From: an uncultured Chloroflexia bacterium
GTDB lineage: Bacteria; Chloroflexota; Dehalococcoidia; DSTF01; JALHUB01
Assembly: GCA_963726245.1 (NCBI GenBank)
Contig: CAVSBT010000027.1
Location: 1 to 64,000, forward strand
DNA length: 64,000 nt
Direction of reading: 5' to 3'
Shown here: in pieces, positions 56,070 to 64,000 of the stretch
Position numbering within the stretch: the stretch's first letter is position 1
Layout of the letters: every line of letters begins with the position of its first letter
Notes under the pieces: model-generated
The model's input: only the letters and a program-made list of their open reading frames with translations
What the model was told of the DNA's origin: nothing
Databases searched by the model: none
Program-made: the position numbers and the translations under genes

Positions 56070-58226
56070 ATGCCAAGAAAAGCGGCGCAGGAGAGTCGAG
56101 AGCGGTCTGTGAGCCGCGGCGAGCGGTCGGACGCCGGCAAGGTGCAATCGCCCAACTGCATCGACCTGGACGAGGTGCTCTCCTCGGCAGTGAACCTTGC
56201 TTGCGACATCCTCAAGAGCGACAACGCGTCGATAGCGCTGTCGGATGAGAAGGGCCTTCTGACCTTCCACGCCCAGCACGGCGTGCCGCCCGGGTTCGCG
56301 CGTCGCTGGCGCAAGAGGTCGAGCGAGGGCCTGAGCGGCGTCGTCTTCCGAACCGGGCAGCCTTACGTTGCCCCTGACCTCCGCGCCGACCAACACTACG
56401 TGGGGAAAGGCTTGGCGCAGGGTTGGCTAGGGGCCCTGCTCGTAGTCCCCCTGAAGGCCAGCGATGAGGTAGTGGGCTGCCTCTACGTCGGGCAGAGAAG
56501 TGTACGCGATTTCTCGCCCGACGAGGTGCGGCTGGCGAACGTGCTCGCCGAGCACGTATCCATGTCCATCGAGATGGCGGCTCTTTTGCAGAAGGAGCGC
56601 CAACTGCGGCAGCGCTCTGACGCCTTGCTAGAGGTGGTGAGCGCGCCCTCCCTCAGCCTCAGCCTGAAGAAGGTTCTCATCAAGCTAAGCCAGTCGGTGC
56701 TCAAGCTTACCGTCGCCGAACGCTGCAGCATGTTCATCTTTAATGAGGACACTCACACCCTGGAGCCCGTCATGTCGCTGGGGCCTGAGAATACGGATAT
56801 GTGGGAGAAGTTTCGCGGCTCGGCCGGGCTGAAGATACCGGACGTGCGGGGCATCGGCGAAGCGATTAGAGCCCAGGAGCCGATCATCGAGGAGCACGCG
56901 CCGGGTTCGGGTGTGATACCCAATTTCTGGCTGAAGACCTTTCGTATGAAGTCGCTGGCTCTCTACCCCCTCGTCCATCGAGAGAAGACGATTGGGGTCA
57001 TGGATGTGGACTCGTTCACCAAGTTCGTGCACTTTCCGGCCGAGGAGGTTGAGACGCTGGCCGCGATCGCCAAGCAGGCTGCGATCATCATCGAAAACGC
57101 CCGTCTGTTCGAGCGGGAACGGAGTCAGCATCAGCGCGCCGAGGCGCTGGTGGACGTGCTGACGGCCGCCGCCTCGACCTTCAGTATGAAGCAGGTGCTA
57201 ATCAGGCTTTGCCGGGCGGTGGTCAACATCAGCGTGGGGGACCGCTGCAGCATCTTCACCGTCGACGAACAAAGTCGCGCATTGGAGCCCGTCATGTCTC
57301 TGGGAATTGAGGATGAGGGGTTATGGCAGAGATTCCGCAACCCGGCTCCGGGGGAGAACACAACCACCCTGCCGGAGCATAATCGGCTGTTCGAGGCCGT
57401 AACTACGTGGGAAGATCCCATCATCATGGAGGACGCGGCAACATCGGGTCTGCTATCGCCCTGGTGGATTGAAACCTTCAACATAAAGTCGCTTGTCCAC
57501 TACCCGCTCAGGGTCAAGGACAGAACGATAGGAATGATGACGGTGGACGCTTTCCGCCACCATGTCCGTTTCGCCAAGGAGGAGGTTGAAACGCTGGCCG
57601 CAATCGCCAAGCAGGCTGCGGTGGTCATCGAGAATACCCGCCTCCACGAGCGCCTGAAGGAGCAAGCCATCACCGACCCCCTCACCAATCTCTACAACCA
57701 CCGCCACATGCATGAGCGCCTGGACGAGGAGCTCGCCCGCGCCTCACGCACAGGCAAGCCCTTCGCCGTGATGATGATGGACCTGGATGGATTCAAGCTG
57801 TTCAACGACACTCACGGTCACCCCCGGGGCGATGAGGCTCTCAGATTCGTGGCCAGCCAGCTTCGAGCGGCGCTGCGAACCTCCGACATCATCGGCCGGT
57901 ACGGCGGCGATGAGTTTCTGGCCATCCTCCCAGAGACCAGTCGAGAAAAGGCGGAGGAGGCAGGGCAGCGCATAACCTCCTCGCTCGCCGAGAGCCCGTT
58001 CGTGCCGGAGGGCTCAGCCGACCATGAGACGCTGGGGCTGAGCATCGGCATCGCCAGCTATCCGCAGGACAGCACCGTCAAGCAGGATCTCATAGCCCTC
58101 GCCGACACCGCGCTGTACGAGGCGAAGCGCACAGGCGGGGGACGAGCCGCCCGGGCCGATGTTCACCGTCTGGAACCGCAGCCAGCGGGGCGCGCAAAGA
58201 AGAGGCCCGCCAAGAAAGTAGCCTAG
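56070..58226 (+). CDS. triple-GAF diguanylate cyclase
   Basis: Three GAF domains, two of them an internal repeat (RCS..LEPVMSLG..EEVETLAAIAKQAA); TDPLT, RTSD I-site, GGDEF. Confidence 0.92.
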   Translation: MPRKAAQESRERSVSRGERSDAGKVQSPNCIDLDEVLSSAVNLACDILKSDNASIALSDEKGLLTFHAQHGVPPGFARRWRKRSSEGLSGVVFRTGQPYVAPDLRADQHYVGKGLAQGWLGALLVVPLKASDEVVGCLYVGQRSVRDFSPDEVRLANVLAEHVSMSIEMAALLQKERQLRQRSDALLEVVSAPSLSLSLKKVLIKLSQSVLKLTVAERCSMFIFNEDTHTLEPVMSLGPENTDMWEKFRGSAGLKIPDVRGIGEAIRAQEPIIEEHAPGSGVIPNFWLKTFRMKSLALYPLVHREKTIGVMDVDSFTKFVHFPAEEVETLAAIAKQAAIIIENARLFERERSQHQRAEALVDVLTAAASTFSMKQVLIRLCRAVVNISVGDRCSIFTVDEQSRALEPVMSLGIEDEGLWQRFRNPAPGENTTTLPEHNRLFEAVTTWEDPIIMEDAATSGLLSPWWIETFNIKSLVHYPLRVKDRTIGMMTVDAFRHHVRFAKEEVETLAAIAKQAAVVIENTRLHERLKEQAITDPLTNLYNHRHMHERLDEELARASRTGKPFAVMMMDLDGFKLFNDTHGHPRGDEALRFVASQLRAALRTSDIIGRYGGDEFLAILPETSREKAEEAGQRITSSLAESPFVPEGSADHETLGLSIGIASYPQDSTVKQDLIALADTALYEAKRTGGGRAARADVHRLEPQPAGRAKKRPAKKVA

Positions 58227-58489
58227 CCTCCGGCGCTCACCATCGTTCGCCCCAGATCCCGGCATTCTTACCCAACGCCAGGACCGCAAGCCCGTCTTAC
58301 GACGTGAGGCATTGCCATGAGGCGACGGCCGCGTGGGGGAAACGGCGACCGGCCGTTGTACCACGCGAGACGGGGCGTCAGGCGGTGGCAGGTTGGCTTC
58401 AGGAACAGGCTGCCCCGGTTGTGCGCATGAGGTCAAGGCAATAGGATAAGGCGGGTACGGGGGGCGGACACCCGGCAAGGAGGGGATCG

Positions 58490-59491
58490 TTGAAGACCAG
58501 GATTACTGACCTATTCGGAATTAAGTATCCGATCTTCTGCGGTGCGATGATGTGGCTGGCTAAGCCTGAGCTCTGCGCCGCAGTATCCAATGCCGGCGGG
58601 CTGGGTAACCTTACCGCGGGCAACTACAGCACCGGAGACGATCTGCGCCAGGCGATCGCCAGGACCAGAGAGCTGACGGACAAGCCGTTCTGCGTGAACC
58701 TGACTCTTCTGCCGTCGGTCCACATCGCCAAAGACCTGCACCAGGATTACTTTCGCGTCTGCTGCGAGGAGAAGGTCAGCTCCATCGACGTATCAGGCGC
58801 CCCTCTGGATAGGTACCTGGGGCCCGACGCGATCCGTCAGGCGAAAGACGCAGGCTTGAAGCTGATACACAAGGTCGGCTCAGTGAAGCACGCCATGCAC
58901 GCCGAAGAGGCGGGCTACGATGCGGTGATCGCCGCCGGCTTCGAGGAAGGAGGCCATCCCCTCCACGAAGACGTAACCACGATGCTGCTCACACCCCGCA
59001 TCTGCCAGGCGGTGAGTCTGCCGGTGGTCACCGCCGGCGGCATCGCCGACGGGAGGGGATTGGCTGCGGCCCTGGTCCTGGGAGCGGAGGGCGTGATGAT
59101 GGCCTCCAGGTTCATCGCCACCACCGAGTGTCTTGCGCACAACCGTGTCAAGGAGGAGCTGGTCCGGCGGCAGGAGAATGATACGGTCATGATCTGCAAG
59201 ACCATCAACCTCCAGATGCGGGCCCTGAGAAACGCGCAAGTCGAGAAAGTGCTGGAAGTGGAAGCCCGAGGAGGGGACCTGCAAGAGCTCATCCCCCTCA
59301 TCGCCGGCCAGCGTCAAAGCGCCGCCTGGGAGAGCGGTGACCTGGACCGCAGCCCGTTCCCTGTGGGCCAGTCCATCGGCCTGATTCACGATATCGTGAG
59401 CTGCGAAGAACTGCTGTCAAGGATGATGAGAGAGGCCGTGGACATTCTGAAGCGGGCGCAGGAGCGATTCGCCGCAGATCCCGTTAAATAG
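58490..59491 (+). CDS. nitronate monooxygenase / enoyl-ACP reductase FabK family flavoprotein
   Basis: TRITDLFGIKYPI, AVSNAGGLG, GFEEGGH, AGGIADGRG, GQSIGLI. Confidence 0.9.
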   Translation: MKTRITDLFGIKYPIFCGAMMWLAKPELCAAVSNAGGLGNLTAGNYSTGDDLRQAIARTRELTDKPFCVNLTLLPSVHIAKDLHQDYFRVCCEEKVSSIDVSGAPLDRYLGPDAIRQAKDAGLKLIHKVGSVKHAMHAEEAGYDAVIAAGFEEGGHPLHEDVTTMLLTPRICQAVSLPVVTAGGIADGRGLAAALVLGAEGVMMASRFIATTECLAHNRVKEELVRRQENDTVMICKTINLQMRALRNAQVEKVLEVEARGGDLQELIPLIAGQRQSAAWESGDLDRSPFPVGQSIGLIHDIVSCEELLSRMMREAVDILKRAQERFAADPVK

Positions 59492-59561
59492 GGGCGGACT
59501 GGATTCCCTCTAGCAACTCGAGGCCGGCGCGGGCAGCCAGAGCAGGCTCGCGGAGTGCGCC

Positions 59562-61259
59562 CTAGGGATTCATCTCGTAGGCGCCCTTTAGGGCGTGCAC
59601 GTAGTCGCGCCATACGCGCCCATAGCGTTCGTCATCCGCCACGGGCTTCCTAATCATCTTCAGGCAATGGGCCGACTGTTCCGAATTGCAGCTCGGCTTG
59701 CTGTACAACTGGAGCGCGAATTTCGAGAAATCACGCACAAAGCAATCGAATATCTGGTCAACGACGTCTGCCGGCACATCGTTGATGCGGGCGTTCTCGA
59801 GGATGAGTTGCCCGTAGGCGACCAGCGTGAATATTTCGCCAACGGCCAGCAGGAAATCGGTGTCGCGACTCTGGCTCTCATCAGGAGGCGCCGAGGCGAG
59901 CATCTCCGAGAAAACGGCGGTCTGCTCGCGGAAAACGTTGACGTTGGGCAGGTCCCAATCGCTGTAGGCGATGTTGTAGTCGTGGAACTGGATGTCGCCC
60001 ATGCCCTTCGCCGGGCCCTGCTGGAACAGATAGCCGTCGTGCTTCGGCTCCGAGCGCTGCCCGATGTCGGCGTACTCAGCCGGGTTGAAGAAGTAGTTGG
60101 CCATGAACTTCAGGATGAGGGCGATGTTCACGTGGACCGTGCCCTCGAGCTTGGGCAGGGCGCGGATGTCCATGGCGGCGCTCTCAAAGTACATGTCCTT
60201 CTCGAAACCCTTTGCGGCAATCACATCCCAGAGCAGATCAATGACTTCCTCTCCCTGCGTCGTCACCTTCATCTTCACCACCGAGTTGTAGAGTAGATAG
60301 CGCCTGTCTTTCGGTGAAGCGGTGCGCACGTAGTCGGCGGCCCGACGCGTAAAGAGATCCATCGCCACCAGGCGGGCAAAGGCGTCGGTGAACATCTGCT
60401 TGACGTGCGGGAAATCCGTGACATACATGCCGTAGAGACGGCGGTTGGCGGCATGGTTGATCGCTTCGTAGAAGGCGTGCGTCGAGATGCCGATGGACGC
60501 CGCGCCCAGGTTGAACTTGCAGACGTTGACAGTGTTGAGGGCAGTGTCCCAGGCCTCTCGGCCCCTCGAGAGTATGTCTGCCTCGCTGACCGGGTAGTCA
60601 TGCAAGGCGAACGCTGAGACGTACGCTTGCGTGGCGACGACGTTGTCCAGCAGTTCGTAGTTGGGCTTCGTCGAATCAGCCACGAAGAAGACGTATTCCC
60701 CGCTGCCGGCGATCTTCCCGAAGGTCGAGACCATCGGTGCGACATTGCCGTTGCCGATGTAGTACTTCTCTCCGTTTGCCTTGTAGCCGCCGCCGGGCTG
60801 TGGCGTGAGTGTCATCTCCGTCGAGTAGATGTCTGCGCCGTGCTGGCGCTCAGACAGCCCGAAGGCGAATATCGCCCCGTCCTTCAGAAGTTGCGCCGCG
60901 CGGCGCTTCGCTTCCTCGTTCCGGCTCATCCAGATCGGGCCGAGGCCGAGCGTCGTGACCTGCCAGGCGTACCAGTAATAGAGCCCGTAGAATGCGAGGA
61001 TCTCATTGAAATCCACGTTGCGGAAGGTGTCCCAGCGCGACTCCGCATCTCCGTAGCTAGGAGGGGTGAGCAGCGTGGCGAAGATCTTCTCGTCCTTCAC
61101 AAACGTGAGGAAGTCCTCGTACCAGACCCGCTGGTGAGTGTCCTCCTTGAGCCGTCTCTTCCCCTTCTTCTCGAAGAAGTCGATCGTGCTGGCCATTACC
61201 TCCAGCGAGCGCCTGTCTGGGTACCGCCGGACAAGGTTCTTCGGGTTCAACAGAAGCAT
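59562..61259 (-). CDS. acyl-CoA dehydrogenase
   Basis: AFGLSERQHGAD, NGEKYYIGN, LPKLEGT. Confidence 0.9.
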   Translation of the reverse strand: MLLLNPKNLVRRYPDRRSLEVMASTIDFFEKKGKRRLKEDTHQRVWYEDFLTFVKDEKIFATLLTPPSYGDAESRWDTFRNVDFNEILAFYGLYYWYAWQVTTLGLGPIWMSRNEEAKRRAAQLLKDGAIFAFGLSERQHGADIYSTEMTLTPQPGGGYKANGEKYYIGNGNVAPMVSTFGKIAGSGEYVFFVADSTKPNYELLDNVVATQAYVSAFALHDYPVSEADILSRGREAWDTALNTVNVCKFNLGAASIGISTHAFYEAINHAANRRLYGMYVTDFPHVKQMFTDAFARLVAMDLFTRRAADYVRTASPKDRRYLLYNSVVKMKVTTQGEEVIDLLWDVIAAKGFEKDMYFESAAMDIRALPKLEGTVHVNIALILKFMANYFFNPAEYADIGQRSEPKHDGYLFQQGPAKGMGDIQFHDYNIAYSDWDLPNVNVFREQTAVFSEMLASAPPDESQSRDTDFLLAVGEIFTLVAYGQLILENARINDVPADVVDQIFDCFVRDFSKFALQLYSKPSCNSEQSAHCLKMIRKPVADDERYGRVWRDYVHALKGAYEMNP

Positions 61260-61314
61260 TCCTGGCCCCTCCTTGATCGCCTCCTAAGGACTCCGCTCCT
61301 GGCCCGCCTCAACC

Positions 61315-62937
61315 TCAGCGACCGCCGGCGCAGGATTTGCCGTCAAGGCCGCAGCCCGTAGGGCAACCGGTTACCTTCGGGAGAGCCGGGACGCATACGC
61401 AGGTCGACTCGCCGCCCTGCGCGGATCGTTCGGTCTGGCAGGTGCACCTCTCGTACTGCTGGGTGAGCACGCCGGCGCCTGTGTGGCTCGCCGGATTGAT
61501 GGCGCACACCGGATCGCCCACGGGCCGCTCGCCTTTGCAGGTGGCGGGGTCGCAGGTCGAGGGCGGGGGAGTGGCCTCGGCTGTAGCCTTCCGCTGTGGC
61601 CTCGGCTGTTGCCTGGGCGCAGTGGATGCCGTCGGGGGCGCAGCCGTAGGCACACTCCACCATCTCCCTCGCCTCGGTCCTCGATTGGCAGGTCGAACCG
61701 CCGTAGATCGTCGGCACGCACTCGCGGACCTCGTAGTTGCGCTTGAGGACGTCGTTGTCGGGGGGCGCCACGGTGCACGCAGAACGGGTCTCCCGTCTCC
61801 ACCTCCGAGTTGCAGGTTGCCGGGTCGCAGGTAGACGATCGAAGCGCAGTCGCGGCTCTCCGTGTCGCCGGGCGCGACCTCCGCGCAGCCGTAGGGGCAG
61901 GCTCGGACTATCCCCGTGGACTCACTGCTGTACTGGCACTCGGTCTCCGAATAGTCATTGCCCCCAAACGTCTTCTGCTTGATGCCAACACACTCGTATC
62001 CGGTGTCGGCCCCGGTCACGCTGGCACTGATGCCGGTGTATGGGGTCCCTGGCGCCGATCTGCCAGGCACAGTACTGGTCGTGTGACATGGGAGGGTCGC
62101 CACAGGTGTTGTCCGTGCAATACGAACACGGGTCGTCGTAGCACACGACCACCGACGCGATCCCCGCCGCCGCAAGGGCCGAGATGCAGACGATGCATGA
62201 TGGGATTGTAATCACAGTCGAAGCGCCTGCGGTGAGAACCTCTGCCACCACCGAGTCTATACACGCACGGCAGACCTTATTGACCACGTAGCCGTACCAC
62301 GAGTCGGACAGCCAGGTGAGCGCGGCCCAGATGCAGTGCCCGGTCCGGCAACTGTGGTGCGCGTCCGGCGTGTCCACCTCGCTGCCCTTGAGGGTCTCGA
62401 GATCGAGCGTGATGGTCCCCTCGCTGTTGTACTCGGTGACCGTTCGCCCGTCCGAGGCCAAGTGCAGCGACCACGTACACGGGAGTCGCGCCCGTTTCCC
62501 GCATGGCGAGCGCGAGGCCGCCCTCCGGCGAGCCGAGGACGGCGGCCGTTACCTTGATGTCGTTGTCGTACTGCAGCTCGACGCCCGCGGTCGCCGGCCC
62601 GAAGCCGGCGCTCTTCGCCAGCGCTTCCAGCTCCACGTACTGCGCGTCGCCCTCGATGGTAGCGCGCACCTCGTCCTCGAGGAGCGGCCTCTGGGAGACG
62701 AAGGTCGCGAGCGGTTCCGTGCTCGTCCGCCAGGTTCTTGATGTGGAGGATGGCGTCCTTCTGCTCGTCGGACAGATCGGCCGGCAGGTCGAGCCCGCCC
62801 GGCGTCGGTGTCGGCGTCGTCTTCTCATCCTCACTCCCACCGCCCCCGCCGCACGACACGGCGAACCCGGCCGCCAACGCGCACAACAAGAGGACACCCA
62901 GCCGCGCCGGCACAGCACGGGTGACAAAGCCATTCAT
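61315..62937 (-). CDS. Cys-rich secreted lipoprotein (about 6 frameshifts) with hydrophobic Cys-rich core and three C-terminal Cys repeats
   Basis: FAVSCGGGG lipobox; ORF pieces 62257-62964, 62277-62933, 61955-62461, 61315-62175 and 61343-61771 join into one protein; CPYGC/CAYGC/CPTGC and CDPATC repeats. Confidence 0.65.
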
Positions 62938-63152
62938 CCCACTGCGCTCCTCTGAATGCAGCATCCGCCCCCAGGCACCGTCTTCCCTCTCACACTCGGT
63001 GGCATTCTACGTGCTCGAGAGCCCAGGGGGCAACGCGCGTGACAATGCGCGCGTCCAGGGCGACGATGATTGTGCCATCCGGTGCGAGGAAACGGCCGGA
63101 AAAGACGAATCCCCTGGTCGCGAAACCAGGGGACACATTCAGCCTTGGGCTT

Positions 63153-63191
63153 TGGTAGCAGCGGGTGGGATCGAACCACCGACACGGGGCT
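63153..63191 (-). mobile_element. 3' end of a tRNA (probably CAT anticodon): att-site remnant
   Basis: AGCCCCGTGTCGGTGGTTCGATCCCACCCGCTGCTACCA has a T-arm and CCA but no 5' half. Confidence 0.7.
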
Positions 63192-63567
63192 GGCGCCGGC
63201 CCGCCCACTGGCGGGAGTCCCCTGCTTCAATATCGGGTGCGACTTGTCTACCCGAATCTCCCAGGCAACTCCGTGACCCTAGGATATGGAACGAATCCCC
63301 TAGTCGCCTTGCCCAATCGGCTGACGAGGGGATTTCTACATTGACCCTGATGGAATCTGCAGGCGGCCCAGGGGCCTCCCTGCTTGGGAAGATGGTGCCC
63401 GCCCGCGTCGAATCTACTTCAGACCCCAAACAGCGATTTGGGCCCGTCTTGGCCCCCTGTCTCCAAGAGGGCAGGCCCTTTGTCTCCGGGGAAGACTACC
63501 GCAGAATCGCGTGCCGGAGAAGCGGGCATGATCGGCGACGAAGGGCTTATGAGGCTTCTAAGGCAAG

Positions 63568-64000
63568 CTAGGGATTACTGGGGGCAATGAAGCTGACCTC
63601 GAGCCACGGTCGCAGGAGTGGGTCAGGATGGTTGCTGCCGTAAAAGGTGGCGGTGATGTCTCCACCGGCAGCGGGTGCCGTCAGAATGACCCCATAGTTC
63701 TTAGACGAGGCTTCGAGCCATTCTTGCATCAGGGGCGTGATGTCCACTACCTTCCACCCAGCGCTCTTGGTGTCGATGCTTGTTGCCGCCGCCTCGTCGA
63801 ACCGGCCTCCAAAGACCGATTCCCAGGTGGCCGCGGTCGGATCCCACGGAGCGGTCAGCCGATTCACCGTCACCATCTCACCCGTTCCGACGGATGACGC
63901 CATGTAGATGTGAAGGACAGCGCGCTCGAGCGTGCCCGACCTTATCAACCCCGCGAAACTGATGGCGATGAGGATGCGCTCTCGACGACCAATCGTGTTG
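63568..64000 (-). CDS. C-terminal part of a DNRLRE-type (CBM96/disaggregatase-like) domain protein, running off the window
   Basis: AVLHIY, W...ATW, W..VDIT.LMQEW, NYGVIL, RPWLEV. Confidence 0.7.
   Translation of the reverse strand, partial: NTIGRRERILIAISFAGLIRSGTLERAVLHIYMASSVGTGEMVTVNRLTAPWDPTAATWESVFGGRFDEAAATSIDTKSAGWKVVDITPLMQEWLEASSKNYGVILTAPAAGGDITATFYGSNHPDPLLRPWLEVSFIAPSNP

Noticed and set aside
63153-63560. Group I intron-split tRNA
   Set aside because: No 5' exon (acceptor/D-arm) was found, no terminal G precedes the 3' piece, and no recognisable group I core is present

Overview
A GC-rich bacterial window, most likely from an uncultured Chloroflexota (Dehalococcoidia-like) genome. 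That assignment is inferred from MEPRIQYA-type hydrolase/adenylate cyclase, a VGGIAELP C-terminal anchor and ACGGG lipoboxes. Many otherwise conserved genes carry single-base frameshifts, so the sequence looks like an indel-prone long-read assembly and most split ORFs are probably intact genes. From left to right: secreted proteins sharing an unnamed Cys-pair domain (both interrupted by an in-frame TGA), a GT-C/GtrA pair and an alkyl-sulfatase-like enzyme. Next is a decayed island ending at a tRNA-Phe 3' duplicate, holding hsdM and mod fragments, a divergent NDT-like / XRE-HTH-TPR pair and an integrase stub. Then a 4-tRNA cluster and a surface-glycan region (GT2/GT4, rfbD, tandemly duplicated rfbB) interrupted by a lone DGQHR/DndB-like gene. 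After that come a cluster of three paralogous GT4s with two paralogous methyltransferases next to gmd, an adenylate cyclase plus cNMP-binding protein, 3 tRNAs including tRNA-Arg(GCG), and oppABC. The right half has a group 3b NiFe hydrogenase operon with an internal cNMP-binding gene, CoA-transferase, mscL, two c-di-GMP enzymes, fatty-acid enzymes, a Cys-rich bacteriocin-like lipoprotein and further tRNA-derived att scars. Several families of intergenic REP-like and IS200/605-like palindromes are scattered throughout. All family assignments come from motif recognition by eye, with no database searches.
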